Source of the DNA: an uncultured Gammaproteobacteria bacterium
GTDB taxonomy: Bacteria; Patescibacteriota; Patescibacteriia; CAZSQN01
Length of the DNA stretch: 64,000 bases
NCBI GenBank assembly: GCA_964609095.1
Contig: CAZSQN010000002.1
Location: 12,633-76,632 of the forward strand
Direction of reading: 5' to 3'
A program made the translations under genes and the position numbers. How positions within the stretch are numbered: the first letter of the stretch is position 1; each line of letters opens with the position of its first letter. This document shows positions 1 through 9,166 of this stretch, in pieces. The notes under the pieces were generated by a model. The model saw only the letters and a list, made by a program, of their open reading frames with translations. It did not search any database and was not told the origin of the DNA.

Positions 1-19
1 GCCGGGAATCGTCAATGAA

Positions 20-226
20 ATGGTCTTTGAACTCCATGCCAAAAAGCCGTCAAAAACAAAAGAGACCATCGTCGTCTGGCGCATAGCTCACGGCGATTCT
101 GATTGGCTGCAAATCAGCCAAAAAAATGTTTGCGTACGCATAGCAAACAAACTTGGGTGGGTAATAGACGCAGAAGAATTAACAAGCGATAAAGGCGTGA
201 TCTTTAAATTAAAACCGTTGAATTAA
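20..226 (+). CDS. hypothetical small protein (possibly 5'-truncated by window edge)
   Basis: 68-aa ORF at the window start, convergent with the next gene and followed by a hairpin terminator; no recognisable motifs. Confidence 0.3.
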   Translation: MVFELHAKKPSKTKETIVVWRIAHGDSDWLQISQKNVCVRIANKLGWVIDAEELTSDKGVIFKLKPLN

Positions 227-233
227 ACAAAAA

Positions 234-264
234 ATCCTCCGAGATTATCGGAGGATATTTTTTT
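234..264. terminator. bidirectional rho-independent terminator hairpin (ATCCTCCGA-gatta-TCGGAGGAT followed by T run)
   Basis: perfect 9-bp inverted repeat with 5-nt loop and flanking A-run/T-run between convergent ORFs. Confidence 0.6.
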
Positions 265-1503
265 AACAAGGATCTTGAACGATCGTTTCCAGCTGGAGCT
301 CCATGGCCGCGCTGTCATTTGACACTTCAAAAATAAGCGCGCACAAATCAAAATCAGCGGTAAATCGGATGTCTGTCACAAAAGCCAGCACCTCGCCATG
401 AGTAAGGGCATCGCACATCTCCTGCTCGCCAACGGCGGAAAGCCCGTAGAGCGCGCGATAGGATTGCCCGATTTCATCCGTAAAAACAATAATGATTCTG
501 GTTGAGCTCTCGCGCCAGCTCATAGGGAGCTCGCCCGTGCCAAGCTCGTAGACCGCGTCGTACTGCGGCTCCGAGCCGCCGCCGTTCAAAGGCACATTAT
601 TTAACGCAACTTCAAAAGTATCAAAGTCGGTTAAATCCCGTTCCAGCAACGGCCTATCCCCCATCTCCCCTGACGGAGAAAGCAGAACAAGGCCAAAACG
701 ATATGCCGCGGTTTCCGGAAAACGCACCGCAAAATCATGAGTCGCCGTTTTCATGGCTTCAATCTTGGTGGACATGGAGCCGGAAATGTCCAGAACAAAA
801 ACAACATCAAGGTCGGTTGTTTCCGACTCTTCGCAGACCTCGGCCACGAGTTCGCCGTCGGTACAGCCGTCGCAATTATTGTCCACGCCGTCACATCCTA
901 AAAGTCCTTGCTCCGGAATCGGAGACACATCTCCCAGACACTCGCCCCAAACACCGTTAGAGCAAATGCGATAACCAAGCTGGCAAGGCGAAAGCGGAGT
1001 ATCGGTCGCTTCCATCTCTTCCTCGCCCAAGCACCAGCCAACCAAAGGCGCGCCGGAATCGGACTCGTCAGTCATTCCATCGCAGTCATTGTCTAATCCG
1101 TCGCATTCTTCGGGAACGCAAGACATAAAGGAGCATCTGCCTTCCACGCAGACATATCCGTTAATGCATTCATGGTCAAACTCGCAAACGGCTCCTTGCG
1201 CATCTTGAGCAACGCACTGGCCAAATTTGCAATCGAGAGCCGTTTCCGAAAACAGCAAATCGCAAGACGGTCCCAAACCGCACCGGCAATTTCCATTCAC
1301 GCAGATATCGGTGTCATTGACATCGCAGACAATATCGCACTCGCCGCAATTCCAAAAATCTTCATTTAATTTTTCTTCATCGCAAGGATGCAATTCAACG
1401 GCAGAAGCGCCGGCGTCATCATCATCTTTTTCGTTGGCCGCCGTCGCGCACGAAACGCAAAACAGCAAAAATCCGCCCAAAATCAGCTTGCTTGCGTTCA
1501 TCC
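263..1503 (-). CDS. secreted cysteine-rich von Willebrand factor A (vWA) domain protein with MopE-like C-x-DG-x-DNDCDG repeats
   Basis: N-terminal signal peptide MNASKLILGGFLLFCVSCATA when started at the internal ATG at 1501-1503 preceded by a GAGAGGAAAAAGGGG SD; MIDAS-like motif VVFVLDISGSMST; multiple CDGxDNDCDG repeats; tandem paralog of 1622..2701. Confidence 0.7.
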
Positions 1504-1621
1504 CCTTTTTCCTCTCTTTGTCAAAGAACATACCAATTTGACCACAAATTAAGCAAAGTGTCAAATTAAAAGCCCTCCAAGGTTAATCGGAGGGCGTACT
1601 TCATGAATCTTGTGAAACGGC

Positions 1622-2701
1622 TTATTCGCAAGGGTCGCGAATAAAGCCGTCAAGGCCTCTGGCCAGGATTTCCGCCGACTGGCCAAAGGAAAGAACTCCG
1701 GCGCAAGCATTGTAATCGCTTCCGTATTCCACAGGAGCGACAAACATCAAGCTCTCGCCGTGGGTGAGCGAAGCGCACATCGTCTCCTGGCTCACGGGCG
1801 AAAGGCCGAAATTCTGACGGTAACTTTGGCCTTCCTCGTCAGTAAGGCCGATCATAATGCGGTTGCTGCCGGCTCTCCAAGAGAGCGGGAGCTCATCGCT
1901 TGCGATTTCATAGACCGCGTCATACATTGGCTCATCGCCTTGAAGCGCGGAATGAAGATTCGCGGCCATTTCCCGAAATGTCTCAAAGTCCGCGAAATCG
2001 CTGTAGACGGACGGCCGTCCGTCCAGCTCGTAATCAGGCACGAGCACTATGGCGAACCTGTACCCATCTCCGGAAAAACGGTCAGAGACGGCAGAAAGCG
2101 CGTCCAAGACCGCCGGCATATCGCGAGCCATGGAGCCGGAAACATCAACAAAGAAAACGACATCGTACGCGGTATTGGAGGCATAAACGCAGAACCCGTC
2201 CGCGTTTACGGCGCCATCAACGCACTTATCGCAATCATTGTCAATCGCGTCGCAAGCAAGCGTACCCTGCTCGGCAACACAGCCAAGGTTGGCGCACCTG
2301 CCCTCAACGCAACCGCTGCCCTCGCCGCACTCGTGGTCAAACTCGCACACGGTTCCCCGCGCGTCCGTTGGCACGCACCGGCCGAACTTGCAGTCAAAAC
2401 CGTTCTTGCAAGAGCCGATGCGGAACATGCACTCCGCGTCATTGTCACCGCAATCGCCGACCGAAATCTCGCCCGCATCATCGCCTTTGAGAAGCCCGCA
2501 CTGGCACCTGCCATCCGCGCATTCGTCAGTGTCGTCGGCATCGCAAGCAAACTCGGCAAAACCGCAATTGTTAAAATCAGAATCCAAGTTCATCGGAACC
2601 GGCAGTGTTTCCGAAACCAACATCGTCTCCGGCTCTTCTTCGGGAATACCAACGGCGCAGCTGGAAGCGAGAAAAACGAAAAATAGGGCATAGCGGTTCA
2701 T
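1622..2701 (-). CDS. secreted cysteine-rich vWA domain protein, paralog of 263..1503
   Basis: signal peptide MNRYALFFVFLASSCAVG; MIDAS motif VVFFVDVSGSMARDM; CDAIDNDCD repeats; AAAGGAGAAAG SD before ATG; plus-strand ORFs 1760..2686 etc. are GC-rich antisense artefacts. Confidence 0.7.
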   Translation of the reverse strand: MNRYALFFVFLASSCAVGIPEEEPETMLVSETLPVPMNLDSDFNNCGFAEFACDADDTDECADGRCQCGLLKGDDAGEISVGDCGDNDAECMFRIGSCKNGFDCKFGRCVPTDARGTVCEFDHECGEGSGCVEGRCANLGCVAEQGTLACDAIDNDCDKCVDGAVNADGFCVYASNTAYDVVFFVDVSGSMARDMPAVLDALSAVSDRFSGDGYRFAIVLVPDYELDGRPSVYSDFADFETFREMAANLHSALQGDEPMYDAVYEIASDELPLSWRAGSNRIMIGLTDEEGQSYRQNFGLSPVSQETMCASLTHGESLMFVAPVEYGSDYNACAGVLSFGQSAEILARGLDGFIRDPCE

Positions 2702-2814
2702 TGGCTTTCTCCTTTCTGGAGTTGTATTTTGGCTTATTTCAAGTTAAAAGAGCATATTTCAAAATATCACAAAATAGACGATTCGTCAATGATTTGGTAT
2801 TATTGTGAAATCCT

Positions 2815-4089
2815 ATGAATAATTTATCTGCCGCCGATCCGCAAATTGCTTCCTCTATTACCAATGAACTGGAGCGCCAGCGGGACGGACTTGAAATGAT
2901 CCCGTCTGAAAATTTTGTGTCTCCGGCCGTTTTGGAAGCGCTTGGCTCCGTATTAACCAATAAATATTCCGAAGGGTATCCGGGCAAAAGATATTATGGC
3001 GGAAACGAATTTATTGACGAAATAGAGACATTGGCGCGAGAACGGGCTAAAAAATTATTTGGCGTCTCTCACGCCAATGTCCAGCCGTATTCCGGCTCTC
3101 CGGCAAACCAAGCCGCCTGTTTTGCCTTGCTTGAACCCGGAGAAAAATTAATGGGTTTGCATTTAAGCTATGGCGGACACTTGACGCACGGCTGGAAGGT
3201 TAATTTTTCAGGAAAGTATTACGAGGCGGTGCAATATATTACCGGGGCCGACGGCTGGCTTGATTATGACGCGCTTGCCAAACAAGTTAGCGAAGAGAAG
3301 CCAAAACTTCTTTTTGTCGGCGCGACCGCTTATCCGCGCATTTTTGATTGGGAAAAACTCTCACAAATTGCCAAATCTGTTGACGCTTATATGGTCGCGG
3401 ATATTTCCCACATTGCCGGACTTATTGTTGCCGGAGCGCATCCGTCACCGGTCGGCTTTGCCGATGTGATTACCACCACCACGCACAAGACCTTGCGCGG
3501 CCCGCGCGGCGCCATGATTCTCTGCAATGGCGAACCGTCAGAGCCGATGAAAGCCCCGCCCGAGAAATCACGGAAATATCTGCCGACAATGATAGACCGC
3601 GCTGTTTTCCCCGGACTTCAAGGCGGGCCGCATAACCACCAAACCGCCGCCATTGCCGTAGCGCTAAAAGAAGCTGCCGAACCAGCTTTCAAAAATTACG
3701 GCGAGCAGATTGTCAAAAATGCCAAAACCCTTGCCGAAAAATTGCTTGAACACGGCTTTAATCTGGTAACCGGCGGAACCGACAACCACCTTTTGCTGAT
3801 TGATTTGCAAAACAAGAACATAACCGGGAGGCAAGCTTCTGACGCGCTGGAAGCGGCTGGAATTACGGCAAACAAAAATTCCATACCAAATGATCCGAAA
3901 AAACCTTATGACCCTTCAGGCATCCGCCTGGGCACTCCGGCGCTCACTACCAGAGGAATGAAGGAAGAAGAGATGAAACAAATCGGCGATTGGATAAATA
4001 AAGTGATAGAAAAACATAATAATGCGAGTATTCTTGCAAAAATCAAAGGCGAGATAAAAGAAATGACTAAAAAATTCCCAATATATTGA
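2815..4089 (+). CDS. glyA: serine hydroxymethyltransferase
   Basis: 424 aa; conserved SHMT blocks HLTHGWKVNFSGKYY and TTTTHKTLRGPRG (PLP-lysine region). Confidence 0.95.
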   Translation: MNNLSAADPQIASSITNELERQRDGLEMIPSENFVSPAVLEALGSVLTNKYSEGYPGKRYYGGNEFIDEIETLARERAKKLFGVSHANVQPYSGSPANQAACFALLEPGEKLMGLHLSYGGHLTHGWKVNFSGKYYEAVQYITGADGWLDYDALAKQVSEEKPKLLFVGATAYPRIFDWEKLSQIAKSVDAYMVADISHIAGLIVAGAHPSPVGFADVITTTTHKTLRGPRGAMILCNGEPSEPMKAPPEKSRKYLPTMIDRAVFPGLQGGPHNHQTAAIAVALKEAAEPAFKNYGEQIVKNAKTLAEKLLEHGFNLVTGGTDNHLLLIDLQNKNITGRQASDALEAAGITANKNSIPNDPKKPYDPSGIRLGTPALTTRGMKEEEMKQIGDWINKVIEKHNNASILAKIKGEIKEMTKKFPIY

Positions 4090-4152
4090 GGGTGCGGGGT
4101 CGGGGTACAGGGATAAAAAACCCTAAACCCCAAACCCTAAACCCCAAACCCT
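4089..4152. repeat. telomere-like intergenic element: G-rich block (GGGTGCGGGGTCGGGGTACAGGG) then (CCCTAAACCCCAAA)2
   Basis: heptamer CCCTAAA/TTTAGGG tandem units between glyA stop and folD start; the same repeat family recurs at 12961-13030, 47716-47803 and 60833-60907. Confidence 0.6.
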
Positions 4153-4153
4153 T

Positions 4154-4993
4154 GTGAAAATAATAGACGGCAAAAAACTCGCTTTGGAAATCAGAACTGA
4201 ATTAAAAGAAAAAATATCCAAACTCGGCCTCCAGCCGGGTCTTGCCGTTATTTTAGCCGGCGACGACCCTGCCAGCCATCTTTACGTGCGCTTAAAAGAA
4301 AAAGCCAGCGAGGAAGTCGGCATCCGCTTTGAAAAAAAGATATTTTCCGAATCCGCGACAGAGGAAGATATCAATTCAACAATTCAACAATTTAACAATC
4401 GTTCCGATATTCACGGAATTTTAGTCCAGCTTCCCCTGCCGCCAAAATTTGACGAAAACAAAATCATCAGAACGATTGACCCCAAAAAAGACGTGGACGG
4501 CTTCCATCCCAAAAACCTTGAGTTAATTAAAAACGGACACCCCTTTATAATCCCAGGTGTCACGCTCGGCATAATGCGGTTGATTGAATCCACGAAAGTT
4601 GACCTCAAAAATAAAAAAGCCGCACTTTTGGTAAATAGCGACATTTTTGCCTTGCCTCTCCGTCATCTGCTAAAAACAAAGGATGCAGAAGTTGAAACAT
4701 TCATTAAACCAAAAATTTCAGATTTCAGATTTCAGATTTCAGATTTTGATATTATCGTTATTGCTTTAGGCAAACCAAAATTTCTTAAATCTGAAATGGT
4801 TCGCGACGGCGCCATAATCATTGACGTCGGCACCACCAAAGTTGACGGAAAACTTTTTGGCGACGCCGACTTTGATTCATTTCAAAATCGCGATGTCTTT
4901 ATCACGCCCGTTCCCGGCGGAGTCGGGCCGATGACCGTGGCCATGCTCTTAAACAATGCGGTTCAGCTCGCGAGCGTTCGCGCGAGCTCATAG
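4154..4993 (+). CDS. folD: bifunctional methylenetetrahydrofolate dehydrogenase/cyclohydrolase
   Basis: GTG start; FolD blocks VILAGDDPASHLYVRLKEKA and PGGVGPMTVAMLL; contains an in-frame (TCAGATT)4 heptamer tandem repeat at 4721-4748 encoding ISDFRFQISDF. Confidence 0.9.
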   Translation: MKIIDGKKLALEIRTELKEKISKLGLQPGLAVILAGDDPASHLYVRLKEKASEEVGIRFEKKIFSESATEEDINSTIQQFNNRSDIHGILVQLPLPPKFDENKIIRTIDPKKDVDGFHPKNLELIKNGHPFIIPGVTLGIMRLIESTKVDLKNKKAALLVNSDIFALPLRHLLKTKDAEVETFIKPKISDFRFQISDFDIIVIALGKPKFLKSEMVRDGAIIIDVGTTKVDGKLFGDADFDSFQNRDVFITPVPGGVGPMTVAMLLNNAVQLASVRASS

Positions 4994-6111
4994 CCGGCTC
5001 CGGCGGCAAACAAAAAAACAATAAGCCATAAAACAAAACCGGGGATTTTTAAGCTAAACTCCGGTTTTCTTTTGCCCAACTTTATTGCCCGGCGATAGAT
5101 GAGCGCGATCAAAATCACGTCTATCGCTCCAAAAACCCCGCCGGTCACGCTGATTACATTTATAAAACTTCTGGCGCCGATAAGATACAGTCCTAAAGGA
5201 ATTCCCAAAGTTATGGCGCCGGCGATTTTTTTGGAAATCTTAAAATCGTATTCCAAAGTTTCTTTCGTGTATATTCCCAAAACCAAAAATGACGTGGCAA
5301 TGGCCAGGACGCCAAAGGCCGCGCCGGCAATAACAATGCCATAACCCAAAAAAGGATAAAGCCCTAAAATTGATTCTTCGCTTGCGAGTTTGCCCGAAAC
5401 GCCAAGAACAGACGAGGCAAAAACAGCGGTGATAAAAGCGGCAATCAATGACCCCCAAATAACAGCGGATCTAATTTTGCGGCTGTTCTTTTCTAAAATA
5501 TCCCGCGCCTCCGGAATCGCCGCCCATCCGGCTAAAGAAAAAATCAGCACGCCAAACGGCAAGAGCGCATCGGAAATATCTCCTTTAAGGAGAAAATTTT
5601 CAACTTTTACTTGAGGCGCGCCCATAATAACAATAAAAATGGCGGTTAAAAGGAGAAACCCCGTGAGAATCAGTTCAACTTTGGAAACGATTTTAAGCCC
5701 GGCAATCACCAAAACACCCATGACAAAAAAGAATAAAAGCTGGTAGCCGGTTTGCCCGAGAGGAATAATCGCGCCGGAGAGCTGCCAGAGAAACGCGCCT
5801 CCGATAATCATATAGGCAAGCAGGGCGCCCAGCGCTCCAAGCACATTTGAGGCAAAGGCCGCCCGCTCTCCTATTTTTCCAAGGTAAAGGCGAGCGAATC
5901 CGGCCAAACGGTGTTTGCCAACGGTACGAAGTATTATTTCGCCAAACATCAAATGAGCGATGATAATGAAGACGGAAATCGCCGCGAGTTCCGCAATTCC
6001 GATAAAAAACCCCGACTTGCTCCAGCTAAAAGCAACGCCGAAAATCCCGGCTCCCACGATAAAACCGGCAACGGTGGCAATAGCGCGAAAATAAGCGCGA
6101 TCAATCTTCAT
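4963..6111 (-). CDS. polytopic membrane transporter, amino-acid permease-like (about 10 TM segments)
   Basis: 382 aa, highly hydrophobic, with a glycine-rich VAGFIVGAGIFGV helix typical of amino-acid/aromatic permeases; family assignment is tentative. Confidence 0.5.
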   Translation of the reverse strand: MKIDRAYFRAIATVAGFIVGAGIFGVAFSWSKSGFFIGIAELAAISVFIIIAHLMFGEIILRTVGKHRLAGFARLYLGKIGERAAFASNVLGALGALLAYMIIGGAFLWQLSGAIIPLGQTGYQLLFFFVMGVLVIAGLKIVSKVELILTGFLLLTAIFIVIMGAPQVKVENFLLKGDISDALLPFGVLIFSLAGWAAIPEARDILEKNSRKIRSAVIWGSLIAAFITAVFASSVLGVSGKLASEESILGLYPFLGYGIVIAGAAFGVLAIATSFLVLGIYTKETLEYDFKISKKIAGAITLGIPLGLYLIGARSFINVISVTGGVFGAIDVILIALIYRRAIKLGKRKPEFSLKIPGFVLWLIVFLFAAGAGYELARTLAS

Positions 6112-6194
6112 TTTTTTATTATATCAAATTACCCACAGTTGCTCCACAAAAAACTCTTGCCCAACCCTGGCGCGGAAGCGTAAAATATAGACGC

Positions 6195-6300
6195 TCATAA
6201 TGCAAATATCGCGAATGAATGCGAATACCACGAATATGCAAATACAGTATTCGCATATTCGCGTGATATTGGCATTAGATTCGCATTATTCGCATTATAT
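6195..6300. promoter_or_regulatory. ATTCGCAT/ATGCGAAT repeat block with imperfect palindrome centred near 6247, immediately upstream of dnaB
   Basis: the 27-bp element TATTCGCATATTCGCGTGATATTGGCAT at 6248-6275 is also present in reverse complement at 39857-39883 upstream of msrB; tandem ATTCGCATT units run up to the dnaB ATG. Confidence 0.4.
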
Positions 6301-6303
6301 TTT

Positions 6304-7659
6304 ATGGAAAAACTCACTCCCCAAAATCTTGAAGCCGAAATGTCGCTTTTGGGCTCGCTTCTTTTGGATAAAGACGCGATGATTAAAATTGCCGACATCG
6401 TGCACAGCGAAGATTTTTACAAAGACAGCCACAGGATAATCTTTGATTCAATCATTGAACTGTACGGAAAACACGAGCCCATTGACCTCTTGTCTTTGGG
6501 AAACAAGCTTGGCGAACGGGGCAAACTGGAAGTTGTTGGCGGCCGCACTTATCTGGCCGAACTTGCCAACGCGGTGCCGACCTCATCGCACGCCAAGCAT
6601 TATGCCGAGATTGTGCAAAAAAAGGCCTCTTTGCGGCGGCTCATCAATGTCTCGGCGGAAATCGCCGAACTTGGATTTACGGAATCGGAGGATGTGGAGC
6701 GACTTCTGGATTCGGCCGAACAAAAACTTTTCGGCGTGTCGCAAAAATACCTGCGCCAGATTTTTATGCCTATCAGAAACGTGCTGGAAGAGGCATTTGA
6801 ACGGATTGACGTGCTTCACCGCGAAAAGGGCAAGCTCCGCGGCATCCCCACCGGCTTTCAGGACTTGGATGATCTTTTGGCGGGAATGCAAAAATCGGAT
6901 TTGATTATTTTAGCCGCGCGGCCGTCAGTGGGCAAAACAAGCTTGGCGCTGGATGTGGCGCGGCACGTGGGCACAAAGGCGAAAAAGGCCGTCGGCATAT
7001 TTTCGCTGGAAATGAGCCGCGACCAGCTGGTTGACCGCCTTATCTGCGCGGAATCAGGCGTCAATCTCTGGAATATGAGAACCGGCAACCTTTCCGACGA
7101 GCCGGGCAACAACGAATTTGAGCGGGTGGGACACGCCTTGGGAACGCTCTCCGAAGCGCCGATTTTTATTGACGATTCCCCCAACGCCAATATTATAGAA
7201 ATCCGCACCAAAGCCCGCCGCCTGCAAATGGAATACGGCTTGGATCTCCTGATAGTGGATTATCTTCAATTGATGGAATCGCGTTCAAAAATAGAAAGCA
7301 GGGTGCAGGAAGTGGCGGAAATCACCCGCGCGCTTAAGGGCATCGCGCGCGAGCTTAACATCCCGGTTCTTGCGCTTTCCCAGCTCTCTCGCGCGGTGGA
7401 GATGAGCAAGCCGGCCATTCCCAAACTGGCCCACTTGCGCGAATCCGGCTCCATTGAACAAGACGCAGATGTGGTCATGTTTATCTACCGCAAAGCCGCC
7501 GACGGGGGATACAGCCGCGAAGACCTTGGCCCGGAAGAAAAGAACCTGGCCGAAATCTATATTGCCAAGCACAGAAACGGCCCGACCGGTTTGGTTAAAT
7601 TGTATTTTGACGAAGCCAAGACAAGCTTCCGCGATCTTGAAACAAGATACCAAACATAA
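6304..7659 (+). CDS. dnaB: replicative DNA helicase
   Basis: 451 aa; DnaB N-terminal domain; Walker A ARPSVGKTSLALDVA; RecA-like C-terminal domain. Confidence 0.95.
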   Translation: MEKLTPQNLEAEMSLLGSLLLDKDAMIKIADIVHSEDFYKDSHRIIFDSIIELYGKHEPIDLLSLGNKLGERGKLEVVGGRTYLAELANAVPTSSHAKHYAEIVQKKASLRRLINVSAEIAELGFTESEDVERLLDSAEQKLFGVSQKYLRQIFMPIRNVLEEAFERIDVLHREKGKLRGIPTGFQDLDDLLAGMQKSDLIILAARPSVGKTSLALDVARHVGTKAKKAVGIFSLEMSRDQLVDRLICAESGVNLWNMRTGNLSDEPGNNEFERVGHALGTLSEAPIFIDDSPNANIIEIRTKARRLQMEYGLDLLIVDYLQLMESRSKIESRVQEVAEITRALKGIARELNIPVLALSQLSRAVEMSKPAIPKLAHLRESGSIEQDADVVMFIYRKAADGGYSREDLGPEEKNLAEIYIAKHRNGPTGLVKLYFDEAKTSFRDLETRYQT

Positions 7660-7663
7660 CGCC

Positions 7664-8266
7664 ATGAAAAATTTTTCTCCCGCCATTCAAGAATTGCTTC
7701 GGTTTCTTAATAATCTTCCCGGCGTCGGGCCTAAAACCGCCCGCCGCTATCTTTTTCATCTGCTGCGCGAGCCGCCTTTGGAGCTGCAACGCTTTGCCGC
7801 CGCCATTGGCGGCATCCCCAATGAGCTTGCCGTCTGCGGCAGGTGCGGCGATTATTCTCAAAAAAATCCCTGCGAACTCTGTTCCGACAGCCGCCGCGAC
7901 AAAACGCTTTTAGCCGTTGTCGCCGACAACCAGGACCTTGGCGCCATGGAATCAACCGGGGAATTCCAAGGGCTTTATCATATTTTGGGCGGAGCGCTTT
8001 CTCCGCTCCAGGGCATAACGCCGGAGAGATTGCGCGTCAAAGAGCTTCTCCTAAGAGCCAAAGAAGACAAAATTACGGAAATTTTGCTGGCTTTTGACCC
8101 GGACATTGACGGCGAGTCCACCATGCTCTACTTGGGGAAACTTCTTTATCCGCTGGGCGTAAAAGTGACTCGTTTGGCGCGCGGGCTGCCGATGGGAAGC
8201 AACTTGGAATACGCCGACCCGATAACATTGACGGACGCCATCAAAGGGCGGCGCGCCATAAACTAA
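7664..8266 (+). CDS. recR: recombination protein RecR
   Basis: starts 5 bp after the dnaB stop at the ATG inside the longer ORF 7454..8266; HhH NLPGVGPKTARRYLFHLL; C4 zinc finger CGRCGDYSQKNPCELC; Toprim domain. Confidence 0.9.
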   Translation: MKNFSPAIQELLRFLNNLPGVGPKTARRYLFHLLREPPLELQRFAAAIGGIPNELAVCGRCGDYSQKNPCELCSDSRRDKTLLAVVADNQDLGAMESTGEFQGLYHILGGALSPLQGITPERLRVKELLLRAKEDKITEILLAFDPDIDGESTMLYLGKLLYPLGVKVTRLARGLPMGSNLEYADPITLTDAIKGRRAIN

Positions 8267-8293
8267 ATCCCCCGATTTTGTCGGGGGATTTTT
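8265..8293. terminator. bidirectional terminator AAATCCCCCGA-tttt-GTCGGGGGATTTTT
   Basis: 8-bp GC-rich stem with A-run/T-run between convergent recR and rplU. Confidence 0.6.
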
Positions 8294-8303
8294 GCGGCTC
8301 GTT

Positions 8304-8624
8304 TTATTGAGCGATTTTTTCAATCTTAATTTTGGTAAACTGCTGGCGATGGCCGACCCTGCGCTTATATCTTACTTTGGCTTTAAACTTGACCACCGAA
8401 ACCTTTTTGCCAAGCCCGTGTTCGGTGATTTTGCCTTCCACAATGGCGCCAGCAACAGTGGGCTTGCCAACTTGAACTCCTGTTCCGTCCGGATTGGATA
8501 AAAGCAGGACGACATTGCTAAAACTCACGGTTTCGCCCGGAGAACCCGCCAGCTTTTCAACCAAAATAGAATCGCCCTCTTTGACAATATATTGTTTCCC
8601 GCCCGTTTGTATGACTGCTAACAT
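8304..8624 (-). CDS. rplU: 50S ribosomal protein L21
   Basis: 106 aa; MLAVIQTGGKQYIVKEGD is a typical L21 N-terminus; preceded by a TTGACA -35 embedded in the GTGCGGGGTTGACA motif. Confidence 0.9.
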   Translation of the reverse strand: MLAVIQTGGKQYIVKEGDSILVEKLAGSPGETVSFSNVVLLLSNPDGTGVQVGKPTVAGAIVEGKITEHGLGKKVSVVKFKAKVRYKRRVGHRQQFTKIKIEKIAQ

Positions 8625-8680
8625 ATTTTTAAGCTTATAGTTTACAGCTTACAACTTATAAATTATTTGTCAACCCCGCA

Positions 8681-9166
8681 CTAATCCCTGTCAATCTTTA
8701 TCTCATCTCCTATCTTCCAGCGCCGCAACGCCGCTCCTCCGGAGGCAATTTCTAAAACAAAATCCGCTTCCTCTCTTGGAATCAATACTTGCGGGTCGCT
8801 TCCCGCTATCGGCGGCGCGGCGCCGGGAGCGATATCAACAATCTTATTTCCGTTAATCCAGATAATATCTATGGCAAAATTCATCCCTTTCATCCAAAAC
8901 GGATGGCGACCCGAAGTTGGAAAAACAAAAAGCATGCCTCTTCCCGGCGGCATCTCCGTCCTTCCGGAAAGCCCTTTCTCGCGCGCGCTCTGGCTGCCGG
9001 CGACTTCGGCAACAATCCGGTCTCCGTTAATTTCCACCATCGCTTCTTTCAGGTGATTTTGCTTATAGCGCAAAAAAACAGCCAGCCCAAGCACGACAAA
9101 CGCCAATCCTAAATAAAATTTCATTTTCATATCAAAGTTATGTGCGGGACTTAATTCTTTTTTCAA
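8681..9166 (-). CDS. DUF192 (COG1430) domain membrane-anchored protein
   Basis: N-terminal TM, then GMLFVFP...HPFWMKGMNFAIDIIWIN...FVLEIASG, typical of DUF192; the true start may be the internal Met at about 9124-9130 because 9138-9166 overlaps the upstream gene. Confidence 0.6.
   Translation of the reverse strand: MKKELSPAHNFDMKMKFYLGLAFVVLGLAVFLRYKQNHLKEAMVEINGDRIVAEVAGSQSAREKGLSGRTEMPPGRGMLFVFPTSGRHPFWMKGMNFAIDIIWINGNKIVDIAPGAAPPIAGSDPQVLIPREEADFVLEIASGGAALRRWKIGDEIKIDRD

Noticed and set aside
1760-2701. Long plus-strand ORFs (308, 196, 151 aa) across 1760-2700 and similar antisense ORFs across 263-1564
   Set aside because: These are GC-rich Arg/Pro/His-rich antisense frames of the cysteine-rich vWA genes, with no motifs. 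The minus-strand proteins have signal peptides, SD sequences and domain signatures.
4089-4152. GGGTTTA/CCCTAAA arrays as genuine telomeres
   Set aside because: There are four interstitial copies within operons of an otherwise bacterial gene set, each 30-40 bp only and paired with complementary C-rich halves. They are more likely structured intergenic repeats.
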